From: an uncultured Chloroflexia bacterium
Lineage (GTDB): Bacteria > Chloroflexota > Dehalococcoidia > DSTF01 > JALHUB01
Assembly (NCBI GenBank): GCA_963703345.1
Contig: OY969814.1
Location: 1,888,001-1,952,000, forward strand
DNA length: 64,000 bases
Direction: 5' to 3'
Below are positions 28,887 through 38,597 of this stretch, one piece after another (within the stretch, counting starts at the first letter, position 1; each line of letters starts with the position of its first letter). The translations under genes and the position numbers were made by a program. The notes beneath the pieces were generated by a model. The model was not told where the DNA came from and did not search any database. It saw nothing but the letters and a program-made list of their open reading frames with translations.

Positions 28887-29853
28887 AGAGTACCTCAAAG
28901 ACATCCCGATGAAGCCCTACGACTTGCTGCGGGAAGGGTTCATCGTCCTTGTCCTGGCCACGGTAATAGTTGTGATTCTGGCTGCCGTATTTCGATCGCC
29001 CGACTATCCGACGGTGCGCGGCGAGGACGTGGCGAATCTCGAACCGATCGCCTTCTTGCAGACCAGCGCCGATATTCTCGCTGGAAACCACGGTATTCAG
29101 GATTACGGGCCGCCATACACCTCCGACAGCGAGAACGCGCAAAGCCTATTCGGCGTGGCGCCAGCAAACTGGTTTGGGGCCACGATTCCCGTTGATCCGA
29201 CGAAAGACCTCGTGCTCGGCCCCTTGCAGCGGGTGGCGATCCTTAACAGTGACGTTGCCAGCGCGCTGCAAGAGTACCAGGCGGTCAGCCCTGACCAGCA
29301 GCAAACGTGGGTCACGACGTATCTTGACGGTCTGGATCAGGCGACGGAGACGAACGGCGAAGTGAACATCCCTGCCGGCGACTATGGGCCCGTCCCCACA
29401 ATGATGAACGGGATGCTTGCCCTGGGGCGGGCCGGCCTGCTGGAGGGGGCCATAGAGAGCGGCAACCAGTTGCCCTACTCCCTCAACAACACGAAGTCCC
29501 TGCTGTTTTTCCAAGATGACGTCGATGCCAGCGTCGCCGAAACACTGGACATGAAAGGCGATCAGTGGGGCGTCAGCAATGAAACGGGCCGGTTCCCCGG
29601 AGCCTGGTGGCTTTGGCCCTATTCTTTCCTCTACCAGATTCGTCCCATGTCCTCTTCGCCCAATGCCGACCTCGAGGCGATGGGGATTGCGGCCGCTGCT
29701 TTCCTGCTGCTCGTTCTGCTTCCGTTCATCCCGATCATCCGCTGGCTGCCTCGGTACCTGGGCATCCACAGGCTGATCTGGCGCGATTGGTACCGCCGGC
29801 GCGACAACCGGAGACCGAAGGCCAACGGGCCTCGAGGCACCATCAACGCCTAG
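28870..29853 (+). CDS. Membrane protein partnered with cytochrome b (subunit IV-like)
   Basis: Overlaps cytochrome b; YDLLRE N-terminus, PGAWWLWPY, LLPFIP. Confidence 0.65.
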   Translation: MSNRTEEYLKDIPMKPYDLLREGFIVLVLATVIVVILAAVFRSPDYPTVRGEDVANLEPIAFLQTSADILAGNHGIQDYGPPYTSDSENAQSLFGVAPANWFGATIPVDPTKDLVLGPLQRVAILNSDVASALQEYQAVSPDQQQTWVTTYLDGLDQATETNGEVNIPAGDYGPVPTMMNGMLALGRAGLLEGAIESGNQLPYSLNNTKSLLFFQDDVDASVAETLDMKGDQWGVSNETGRFPGAWWLWPYSFLYQIRPMSSSPNADLEAMGIAAAAFLLLVLLPFIPIIRWLPRYLGIHRLIWRDWYRRRDNRRPKANGPRGTINA

Positions 29854-30054
29854 GCGGCGCGGTGGCCGCCCGGCCTGAGCAACGGGGTATCGGTCAGCAA
29901 GGCCTTGCCGGGACCGCACACTATTCGTCCATCGTGATGGTGACGGGCGCCCGTCGTGCACCAGCAACCGAACAAGCGATCCTCACGCCTCATTCGTCGG
30001 TTGGTGCGGTAGGCGGGGCGACGTCAACTAAGCTCAGCGCGGAAGGAGGCCGCC

Positions 30055-31275
30055 ATGCAGACCACTGATGTCTTCCTAACAGACCAGGACCGGCTCGTCC
30101 GTTCGGTAATGCGAGACTTTGTCGAACGGGAGGTCATGCCGGTCCGCCAGCAGATCGACGACGACAAGGACCACGTGGTTGTGCGCCGCCTACTCCAGGG
30201 ACTCTTCGGACTCGGCCTGATGCGCGCGGGCCTGCCCCAGGAATACGGAGGGATGGCGGCTGGCGGCGGCGGCGCGAGCAATGTCACCACCTGCCTTGTG
30301 CTGGAGGAGATATCGAGGGGTGATTGCGGCATCGCCGTTGCGGCCAGCGTAACCACCTGGGCCCTGATACCGGCGATAAGGGCGGGCAACGAGACCGTCC
30401 TGAAGCTGATGGGCGAGATGTTCGGCGGAAGTGAGCTCCGGCTGGGCTGCTTCGCCATGACCGAGCCCGCCAGTGGCTGCGACATCGAGAACCTGGCGGC
30501 ACTGCACGGCCGCCCGATTCAGACCAGGGCGGTCTTGGACGGGGATGAATGGGTCATCAACGGGGGGAAGCGCTTCCCCAGCAACGCCGGCGTCGCCGAC
30601 ATCTATTGCACTGTCTGCCAGACAGATCCCGACCTCGGCGAAGAGGGCATCGCTCTTATCTACGTACCCTCGCCGTGGGAGGGGCTGTCCTTCGGCAAGT
30701 TCGAGAGCAAGGCAGGGATGCAGGCAGACCGCAATTGCGACATCTACTTCGACAACGTGCGAGTTCCAAGGCGGTACCGCGCCGCCGGCCCGGGTGAAGA
30801 TGCCCGCCTCATGAAGCGAAACCTGACACTCGGGCGCGGCGCCAGCGCGGCGATGGCTGTGGGCAACGCCCGCGGCGCCTTCGACCGCGTCCTCGACTAC
30901 ACTGGGTCGCGAGTGGTCGAGGGACGTCCGATCCGTCAGCATTCAATGTGCGCCGGCATGCTTGCCGATATGGCGATCGGGATCGAGACGGCGCGGGCGT
31001 ACTATTTGCAGACCGCCTACATGCTCGACCGTCCGGAAGAATACGGGCAGCCGGACTCCGACGAGATGCTGTCAAGGGCCAGCCTGGCTAAGGTCCACGC
31101 CTGCGATGTCGCCGTAATGGTGGCGAACCGCGCTATGGAGTTGATGGGCTCGTATGGCTACATGCGCGAGTTCGACCTAGAGAAATACTGGCGCGACGGC
31201 AAGGAGATCCAGTTGTGGCTGGGCGGCGCGCAACTCGCCAGGCTGGATGTCGCGCGGGGCTATTACGAGCCCTAG
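30055..31275 (+). CDS. Acyl-CoA dehydrogenase
   Basis: FAMTEPASGCD, WVINGGKRF, MGSYGY..E..LEKYWRD. Confidence 0.93.
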   Translation: MQTTDVFLTDQDRLVRSVMRDFVEREVMPVRQQIDDDKDHVVVRRLLQGLFGLGLMRAGLPQEYGGMAAGGGGASNVTTCLVLEEISRGDCGIAVAASVTTWALIPAIRAGNETVLKLMGEMFGGSELRLGCFAMTEPASGCDIENLAALHGRPIQTRAVLDGDEWVINGGKRFPSNAGVADIYCTVCQTDPDLGEEGIALIYVPSPWEGLSFGKFESKAGMQADRNCDIYFDNVRVPRRYRAAGPGEDARLMKRNLTLGRGASAAMAVGNARGAFDRVLDYTGSRVVEGRPIRQHSMCAGMLADMAIGIETARAYYLQTAYMLDRPEEYGQPDSDEMLSRASLAKVHACDVAVMVANRAMELMGSYGYMREFDLEKYWRDGKEIQLWLGGAQLARLDVARGYYEP

Positions 31276-31361
31276 CTGGCCCGCCTCGCTTAGCAGACAC
31301 TAAGGGAAGATTGTGTTGGGCCGGCGCTCCCTTTGGGTTCTCTATATTCCTCCAACAAGCT

Positions 31362-31411
31362 TCTGATTTACACCCAGAAGGGCGCAGGTTCGAGCCCTGC
31401 ATCGCCCACCA
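31362..31411 (+). repeat. Val-type repeat 1: tRNA-Val(TAC) 3' half
   Basis: TTTACACccagaagggcgcaggTTCGAGccctgcatcgcccACCA. Confidence 0.85.
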
Positions 31412-31492
31412 GAACCCCTTCGGAATAGCCAGAAGGTTCGCGGGGCCTCATCATGAGGCCCCGCTGTCGTTTCGCCTGAGCGCCTCTTGCGG

Positions 31493-32215
31493 CTAAGGCG
31501 TTGGGGTGACGGTCGGCGTAGCTGTCTTCGTGGGCGTTGGCGTGCTCTCGATGTTGAAGTCGTTTGGACCAATGACGACGGGCGCGGTCACGTCCGAGCT
31601 ATGAATCGCATCGAACCAGAGCTCATACTGGTCAATGTCGCCAACATCGATGGCGCTCGTGTCAACGGAGACGTCGAACGTCCCTGTATCGTTATCATCG
31701 ATGTCTTCCGGCGTCGTGCTGAAGTCGTGGCCAACTGCTATTACGTTGCCGTCGTTGTCAAACAGCGCGGCGCAGACGTGGACGTTCTCCAGGTCTTGGT
31801 TGGCGTCGATGGAACCCGTGATATGCGTCTCGTCTTCATTGGCAGTCGTAGTGATGACGATGTTGTCTTCGTCGACGTCAAGATCTGCGACGCTCTTGTG
31901 ACCGAAGGTGAGCGCCCTGACAGTCTCTTTCGTCGTCCTCGCGTTTATCGAAGACGGCGCAGTTGCCTCAACTGGCGAATCCATCCCCTTCTGCAGAGTG
32001 CGGGTGCAGGGACTCACATTCTTGGAGTGGACGATGGTGCCGGAGCTGTTCAGGAAGTCCACCTGAACGGATGCTGCGACCACATCCACGTTCGAGAGGT
32101 TGGTCGCTAGACCAACAAAGTGGTTCGTGTCCCTGTCGAACGTCCCGAAGCGGACGAAGCAACCGGCGGCGAGGATTCCTGTTACCGCGAGGGCGAGGAC
32201 CAATAGACGCTTCAT
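31493..32215 (-). CDS. Lipoprotein with FxLYD-like domains
   Basis: MKRLL...LAAGC lipobox with RBS AGGAGG; AALFDNDGNVI. Confidence 0.75.
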   Translation of the reverse strand: MKRLLVLALAVTGILAAGCFVRFGTFDRDTNHFVGLATNLSNVDVVAASVQVDFLNSSGTIVHSKNVSPCTRTLQKGMDSPVEATAPSSINARTTKETVRALTFGHKSVADLDVDEDNIVITTTANEDETHITGSIDANQDLENVHVCAALFDNDGNVIAVGHDFSTTPEDIDDNDTGTFDVSVDTSAIDVGDIDQYELWFDAIHSSDVTAPVVIGPNDFNIESTPTPTKTATPTVTPTP

Positions 32216-32415
32216 TCTTGCCTCCTTTCGACACTTCAACGGATCGCCAAAGCTCGGCGGTCTACATTGATGATAACGCGCGCCGGAGAGGAAAGTTAAC
32301 CGGATTTCGACATTTCTTAAGCCGCAATAGCAACCTGCAACGGGCCGCCCCAAAAAGTAAGGCAGGCCGCTAGAGGCGCACTCGGCAGAGCTCGCTACCC
32401 AACCACGGTTGAACG

Positions 32416-32605
32416 CCAGCTTCCCACTTATGAAGCCATTACACAGAGCTTCCCCTAGGACTAGTCGCAGTTGCGGCTAATGGCCCATTTTCCAGATGAT
32501 AACTTCCGCGTTTTCGCTCGGGGGTGCTGAATCTGTTGCACAGCGCTCAGGCTCAGATGCTTTACACCCAGAAGGTCGCAGGTTCGAGCCCTGCATCGCC
32601 CACCA
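32416..32605 (+). repeat. Val-type repeat 2: ~145-bp arm + tRNA-Val 3' half
   Basis: Aligns over its length with 33721-33910. Confidence 0.88.
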
Positions 32606-32909
32606 AAACCGCTGCCGAGCGGCGCTTCTCGCCCTGGCTAATCACAAGAATGTTTGGCGCCACCCTTGACAGGCTGTTGACGTAGGAGTAGTTTGTCAGC
32701 GCACAGACGAAGGGACCGCCGGTGATTGCTCCACCGACGGCCCCAGTTGCCGAGCCCTGACGCCGCCAGGGTCGACCTGCTCACTCTAGCATGGTGGGCC
32801 CCGACCGCGGAAGGGTTGGGGCCTTCTGTTTGGAGGCGGAGCACAGAGAATGGAGCCCAGCGGAAGTGCTTCGATAGCCAGGGCAAAGTAGGAAACAAGG
32901 AGGTTCCCC

Positions 32910-33233
32910 ATGCCACATTACATGGTTCAGGCGGCCTACTCCCAGGCGGCAACGGCCGCGATGGTGAAGAACCCACAGGACCGGGCCGAGGGGCTGCGCC
33001 CGGTAATCGAGCGGCTTGGAGGCAAACTCCTCTCTCTGTACTTCGCTTTCGGTGAATACGATGTCGTGGGAGTGGCGGAGATGCCAGACAACGTTTCCTC
33101 CGCCGCCTTCTCGATAGCCATCTCCGCAGGCGGGGCAGTTAGGGCAGTAAAGACGACGCCTCTAATGACCGTGCAGGAAAGCATCGAGGCTATGCGGAAA
33201 GCGGGTCAAGCTGCTTATCGCCCGCCAGCCTAG
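32910..33233 (+). CDS. GYD domain protein
   Basis: LGGKL...YFAFGEYD motif; RBS AAGGAGG. Confidence 0.88.
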   Translation: MPHYMVQAAYSQAATAAMVKNPQDRAEGLRPVIERLGGKLLSLYFAFGEYDVVGVAEMPDNVSSAAFSIAISAGGAVRAVKTTPLMTVQESIEAMRKAGQAAYRPPA

Positions 33234-33298
33234 GCGAGTCCTTTCGCCGAAGCCAGCTTCGGCGGTGGTCCCCAGAGCACACAAGGAGGGAACAGCAC

Positions 33299-33598
33299 AT
33301 GTTATGCGTGGCTATCGGGACGCCAGTACGCGGCCTGACTAGGCAGCAGGCACAGGAGTACACAACACTGTTCCGGCAGTGGGCACCCCCTCCCGGATAT
33401 GACATGAAGACGCTGTACTGGGGCTCAGATGGCAGTGTCGTTGTCATAGCCGAAATCACGACATCAGCCGCCAACTACGAGGCGGGGCTGCCTTGGACGA
33501 ACATGGAGTGGAAGCTCATACCGGTTGTCGAGGGAGCCCAAGCGGTGCAAATGCAAGACAAGGTTACTGCCTGGGCGCAGAAGATTCTGGGGAGCTAG
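33299..33598 (+). CDS. Hypothetical protein (DUF3303-like)
   Basis: RBS AGGAGG; W.PPPG...PW..IPVVE pattern. Confidence 0.65.
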   Translation: MLCVAIGTPVRGLTRQQAQEYTTLFRQWAPPPGYDMKTLYWGSDGSVVVIAEITTSAANYEAGLPWTNMEWKLIPVVEGAQAVQMQDKVTAWAQKILGS

Positions 33599-33720
33599 GG
33601 ACAAGTTCCTGTATTGCGGGGGCCGCCGCCGCGCTCTGGGGGCCGGTTCCTTCGGGCCGGCCCCCGACAGCGGGTGATAGGCGTCGCCTATAGCCTACGG
33701 TCTCAGGCGGTTTCCTAAGA

Positions 33721-33910
33721 CCAGCTTCCTGATTATGAAGCTATTGCGCAGAGCTTTCACTGGGATCAGTCGCACTCGCCCCTGATGGCCCATTTTTCAG
33801 ATGATAGCTTCCGCGTTTTCGCTCAGGGATGCTGATTTTGTTGCACAGCGCTCAGGCCTGGCTGCTTTACACCCAGAAGGCTGCAGGTTCGAGCCCTGCA
33901 TCGCCCACCA
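33721..33910 (+). repeat. Val-type repeat 3: arm + tRNA-Val 3' half
   Basis: Aligns with 32416-32605 and ends in CCA. Confidence 0.88.
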
Positions 33911-34063
33911 TAGCCCTCAAGCACATTCGCTTTCCGCGTTTTCTGTCACTGACGTCGCAACGTCGTTAACCAATCGCCCCGCCATGCGTTATCAATAACG
34001 TCGCACATCCTCCTCACGCTCGCATCGGAACCAGCGCCATGATTCGATAAGAGGCGAAACACG

Positions 34064-35230
34064 ATGTATAGGCTTCTGCTCCTAGGCGTTGTTCTTGGAT
34101 GCCTGCCATTGTCTTCCACAGCTACTCAGGCCAGCGCCAATACGTTCATTCAGGTCAGCGCCGGCGCCTATCACACCTGCGCAGTAAGGACGGACAGTAC
34201 ACTGGCCTGCTGGGGAAGCAACTACGACTATCACGGGCTTTGGATCGGGCAGGCGACGCCACCCACCGGCACCTTCAGCCAAGTCAGCGCTGGCGGTTAT
34301 CACACTTGCGGCGTAAGGACGGACGGTACCCTTGCCTGCTGGGGCGACAACAACTATCAAGAGGCGACGCCACCCAGCGGCACCTTCAGCCAGGTCAGCG
34401 CGGGCTTCCAATATACGTGCGGCGTCAGGACGGACGGCAGGCTAGCGTGCTGGGGAGCCCCTTCCGAGGACTACGGGCAAGTGACACCACCAAGCGGCAC
34501 TTTCGGCCAGGTCAGTGCGGGCGGCTTTAGCACGTGCGGGCTGAGGACCGACGGCACCGTCGCCTGCTGGGGGAGGAGTGGGGAGGTTGGGACTCCGCCC
34601 TCCGGCACCTTCAGCCAGATCAGTCAGACCAGCACGCGCACTTGCGGCGTGAAGACGGACGGCACGCTGGCCTGCTGGGGCGAGTACGGCCAGCTTGAGA
34701 CGCTACCCGCCGGCACTTTCACGCAGGTCAGCGTGGGAGGCTTTCACACGTGTGGACTGAAGGCCGACGGCACGATCGTTTGCTGGGGAGGAAACTCCCA
34801 GGGCCAGGCGACACCACCCGCCGGAACCTTCAGCCAGGTGAGCGCAGGCGGTTATCACACCTGCGCCGTAAAGACAGACGGTACCATGGCCTGCTGGGGC
34901 AGCAACTACGATGTCAAGGGGATCCGCACGGGGACCCAGTACTTCGGGCAGGCGACACCGCCTACGTCCGAAGCCACCCCAACCACCACGCCGGTGTCAA
35001 CATACGCGCCGACCCCAACCGAGGCCTACTCACCTTCACCGACAGAGACACCCACCCTCACGGGTTCGCCCGAGGCTCCTGGCACAGTGAGCCCCCCGTT
35101 CACAGGAATCGCCCACCGTTCTCGGGCACCGTCGGCGGCCTGGGCGATAGCGATCTGCACAGCAGCCGTTGGTGGCACGATGCTGCTGGCTGGCGGGCTG
35201 TACGCCAGGAGGCGTTGGGGAACCCGGTAA
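34064..35230 (+). CDS. RCC1-repeat surface protein with C-terminal anchor
   Basis: Seven F.QVSAG..HTC...TDGTLACWG repeats; PPFTG + TM + RRR tail. Confidence 0.9.
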   Translation: MYRLLLLGVVLGCLPLSSTATQASANTFIQVSAGAYHTCAVRTDSTLACWGSNYDYHGLWIGQATPPTGTFSQVSAGGYHTCGVRTDGTLACWGDNNYQEATPPSGTFSQVSAGFQYTCGVRTDGRLACWGAPSEDYGQVTPPSGTFGQVSAGGFSTCGLRTDGTVACWGRSGEVGTPPSGTFSQISQTSTRTCGVKTDGTLACWGEYGQLETLPAGTFTQVSVGGFHTCGLKADGTIVCWGGNSQGQATPPAGTFSQVSAGGYHTCAVKTDGTMACWGSNYDVKGIRTGTQYFGQATPPTSEATPTTTPVSTYAPTPTEAYSPSPTETPTLTGSPEAPGTVSPPFTGIAHRSRAPSAAWAIAICTAAVGGTMLLAGGLYARRRWGTR

Positions 35231-35271
35231 GGTTCGCGACAGAAGCCCCAATCAATACCATCAGCCGAGCC

Positions 35272-35381
35272 GCGCAGAATAGGGCACTGGGCACTAATCG
35301 CAATCGCGCATATTGGCCCAATTTCCAGATGATAACTTCCGCGTTTTCGCTCGGGGGTCCTGAATCTGATGCACAGCGCTC
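35272..35381 (+). repeat. Val-type repeat 4: arm only, cut just before the tRNA part
   Basis: tggccca.tttccagatgataacttccgcgttttcgctcgggggt.ctgaatctg.tgcacagcgctc matches 32481-32548. Confidence 0.82.
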
Positions 35382-35491
35382 GTTCGAATACCGAGGCGCG
35401 GGCCATTGCCTCAGCGGAGCGGAGCCTGCGGTTTTGGCAACGGGGGACAGACACTAAGTGTGGATGGTGACGGTTCGCCCCCTCTGCTCGC

Positions 35492-35519
35492 TTGACATTC
35501 GCCGCTCCCTGCGTATCAT
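35492..35519 (+). promoter_or_regulatory. Sigma70-type promoter TTGACA-16-TATCAT
   Basis: About 70 bp upstream of the res start. Confidence 0.5.
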
Positions 35520-35587
35520 GGCGAACGAAAGCCAATTTCCCCGCACAATCGTATTCGACGTGCCCACGCAGGTTCGAGGGAGCGAGC

Positions 35588-38500
35588 ATGGCGCAGGTTG
35601 TCATTGAGAACCCCGTCCTCAACTCACCTTACCGGGAGCCACAGCGCCACTTCCAGTTCGCCGACGAGGGTATAACCGACGAGATCGTCGAGGCGCGGCG
35701 GCCCAGCTCGTACTTCGTCCCCATACCTGCGCCCAAGAAGAAGGGCAAGCAACTCGCCTTCGACACGGAATGGACGAAGGACCGTGTCGAAGAAAACGAG
35801 TTCATCAACCAGGTACGGGAGCGCGTGGCCCGCTGGCGACAGGGCGGCTACGTCGGCATCACCAAGACAACACGCCAGCTTCTCGACTACTGGCAGCGGG
35901 GAGACCGCGAGAAGAAGCTATTCTTCTGCCAAGTCGAGGCGCTGGAAACCGCCATCTTTCTGACGGAGGTCGCCTCTAAGTACGGCGACGCCTGGATCGA
36001 CAACAAGCTGCGTGACGAGAACAAGCGCGCCAACTCCATACTGAACCGCATCGCCTTCAAGATGGCGACCGCCGCCGGCAAGACCGTCGTCATGGCGATG
36101 CTCATCTCTTGGCAGGCCCTCAACAAGCTCCGCGACCCCCAGGACGCCCGATTCTCCGACGCGTTCCTCATCGTCACGCCGGGCATCACCATTCGCGACC
36201 GCCTCCGCGTCCTGCTGCCCAACGACCCGAACAACTACTACCGGGAGCGCGACGTCCTGCCGGCGGAGTGGCTGGAAGAGCTTGGCCGCGCCAAGATCGT
36301 TATCACCAACTTCCACGCCTTCCTCTTGCATGAGCGCGGCGAGGCCGGAAAGGTCACCAAGAGCATTCTCAAGGGCAACCAGGAGGAGAGCGCCTTCACC
36401 GAGACCCCCGCCCAAATGGTTCGCCGTGCCTGCCGTGACCTCGGAAGCAAAAAGAACATCGTCGTCATCAACGACGAAGCGCATCATTGCTATCGCCGCA
36501 AGGCCGACGGCGACGACGTGAAGTTAACCGGCGACGAGCGCAAGGAAGCGGAGAGACGCGAAGAGGAGGCCCGCGTCTGGATTTCCGGTCTGGAGGCGGT
36601 CAAGGACAAGATCGGGGTCAAGGTGGTGTACGACCTCTCGGCCACGCCCTTCTTCCTCCGCGGCTCCGGCTACCCCGAGGGCACGCTCTTCCCCTGGGTC
36701 GTCTCCGACTTCTCGCTCATCGACGCCATCGAGTCCGGCATCGTGAAGGTGCCACGGGTGCCTGTGGCCGACGACTCGATGTCCGGCGACCAGCCGACCT
36801 ACCGCGACCTCTGGATACGCATTCGCGAGGAACTGCCCAAGAAAGGACGCAAGACGGACGCCGTCAGCGGCGAGCCCAAGCTCCCGGTCGAGTTAGAGGG
36901 CGCCCTCCATAGCCTGTACGGAAACTACGAGAAGTCCTACCGGCTCTGGGAGCAGAACGCGGAGGCCCGCGCCCGCGACCAGACGCCGCCGGTCTTCATC
37001 GTCGTCTGCAACAACACCAACGTCTCCAAGCTGGTGTTCGACTACGTCGCCGGCTGGGAGAAGACGCTCCCCGACGGCTCGAACGCCATCGTCCCCGGCG
37101 CGCTGCCAGTCTTCAGCAACGAGCAGAACGGAGGCTGGAGCGCCCGGCCCAACACCATCCTCGTCGACAGCTCCCAACTCGAATCCGGCGAGGCGATGAG
37201 CGCCGACTTCAAGAAGATCGCTGCCGCTGAGATTGAAAAGTTCAAATGGGAATACCGGCAGCGCACGGGCCGGGACGCTGAAGGGCTCACCGACGAGGAT
37301 CTACTGCGCGAGGTGATGAACACTGTTGGCAAGCAGGGCAAGCTGGGCGAGAACGTCAAGTGCGTCGTCTCCGTCTCCATGCTCACCGAGGGCTGGGACG
37401 CCAACACCGTCACTCACATCCTGGGCGTGCGCGCCTTCGGGACGCAGCTACTGTGCGAGCAGGTGGTGGGTCGTGGCCTGCGGCGGACGAGCTACGCCAC
37501 GGAGCGCCGCACGGTCGCTGTGAATGGCAGTACGGTGGAGATCGAGGCGTTCGCCCCGGAATACGCCGAGGTCTACGGCGTGCCCTTCTCGTTCATCCCC
37601 TGCTCCGGTTCCCGTGCCGACCCCAAGCCCGGCCCGATGCCCACTCGCGTGCGCGCCCTCGAAGACCGCATCGCCTGCGAGATCACCTTCCCCCGCCTCG
37701 TCGGCTACCGCTACGACCTGCCGGGCGAGCGGCTGACGGCGACATTCAGCGACGCGTCGAAACTCGCCCTCTCGACCGCCGACATCCCAACGAAGACACA
37801 CCTGGAACCGATCTTCGGAGAAGGCAGCACCCACACGCTCGACGAGCTCAAGCGGCGTCGCGAGCAAGAGGTTGCGTTCCTGCTGGCCAAGCTAACGCTG
37901 GAGCAGTACTTCCGTGATGACGACGGCAACGTCAAGCAGTACCTCTTCCCCCAGGTGCTGGGGATCGCCAACCGCTGGCTGCGCGAGTGCGTCGTCCTCA
38001 AAGACAACACCTTCCCCCAGCTCCTGCTCCTCGCCGAGTTCGCGCACGACGCCGCCGACCGTATCTATCGCTCCATCGTCGCCTCCGCCGGTGGCGAGAA
38101 GGCGCTGAAGCCGATCATGCGTCCCTACGACCCGGTGGGCTCCACGCGCTACGTCGACTTCGACACCACGAAGGCGGTGTATCCAACACGTCCGGACAAA
38201 TGTCACGTCAGCCATGTTGTGGCGGACACTGAATCCTGGGAGCAGAAGATGGCCCAGGCCCTCGAAGAGATGGATGAGGTACTGCGCTACGTGAAGAACC
38301 AGAGTCTCGGCTTCACCATCCCCTACACGCTGAACGGCGAGGAGAGAGGCTACATTCCGGACTACATTGTGGTCATCGACGACGGCCACGACGACTCGCT
38401 GAACCTGATCGTTGAGGTTACCGGCGAGGCGAAGAAAGACAAGGCGGCGAAGGCAGAGACCGCCCGCACCCTCTGGGTGCCCGCCGTCAACAACCACGGC

Positions 38501-38593
38501 GGCTTCGGGCGATGGGCCTTCATTGAGGTTACCGACCCCTGGGACGCCCAGAACACCATTCGCGCAATGCTGCGGAAGCTATCGCAGGAGTAG
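35588..38593 (+). CDS. res: Type III restriction enzyme Res subunit
   Basis: MATAAGKT, NDEAHH, LSATP, EGWD helicase motifs; C-terminal YIPD...IVEVTG nuclease. Confidence 0.92.
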   Translation: MAQVVIENPVLNSPYREPQRHFQFADEGITDEIVEARRPSSYFVPIPAPKKKGKQLAFDTEWTKDRVEENEFINQVRERVARWRQGGYVGITKTTRQLLDYWQRGDREKKLFFCQVEALETAIFLTEVASKYGDAWIDNKLRDENKRANSILNRIAFKMATAAGKTVVMAMLISWQALNKLRDPQDARFSDAFLIVTPGITIRDRLRVLLPNDPNNYYRERDVLPAEWLEELGRAKIVITNFHAFLLHERGEAGKVTKSILKGNQEESAFTETPAQMVRRACRDLGSKKNIVVINDEAHHCYRRKADGDDVKLTGDERKEAERREEEARVWISGLEAVKDKIGVKVVYDLSATPFFLRGSGYPEGTLFPWVVSDFSLIDAIESGIVKVPRVPVADDSMSGDQPTYRDLWIRIREELPKKGRKTDAVSGEPKLPVELEGALHSLYGNYEKSYRLWEQNAEARARDQTPPVFIVVCNNTNVSKLVFDYVAGWEKTLPDGSNAIVPGALPVFSNEQNGGWSARPNTILVDSSQLESGEAMSADFKKIAAAEIEKFKWEYRQRTGRDAEGLTDEDLLREVMNTVGKQGKLGENVKCVVSVSMLTEGWDANTVTHILGVRAFGTQLLCEQVVGRGLRRTSYATERRTVAVNGSTVEIEAFAPEYAEVYGVPFSFIPCSGSRADPKPGPMPTRVRALEDRIACEITFPRLVGYRYDLPGERLTATFSDASKLALSTADIPTKTHLEPIFGEGSTHTLDELKRRREQEVAFLLAKLTLEQYFRDDDGNVKQYLFPQVLGIANRWLRECVVLKDNTFPQLLLLAEFAHDAADRIYRSIVASAGGEKALKPIMRPYDPVGSTRYVDFDTTKAVYPTRPDKCHVSHVVADTESWEQKMAQALEEMDEVLRYVKNQSLGFTIPYTLNGEERGYIPDYIVVIDDGHDDSLNLIVEVTGEAKKDKAAKAETARTLWVPAVNNHGGFGRWAFIEVTDPWDAQNTIRAMLRKLSQE

Positions 38594-38597
38594 ATCA

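Noticed and set aside
16787-33910. Calling the Lys/Val elements functional tRNA genes
   Set aside because: All lack a D-arm, and the Val copies also lack a 5' acceptor strand; they are treated as att-like fragments.
33801-33998. Small ORFs running through the Val and Lys repeats
   Set aside because: Their similarity is explained by the DNA repeat; starts and stops are not conserved between copies.
34140-34960. CRISPR-like periodic repeats
   Set aside because: These are in-frame RCC1 protein repeats; no cas genes or unique spacers are present.
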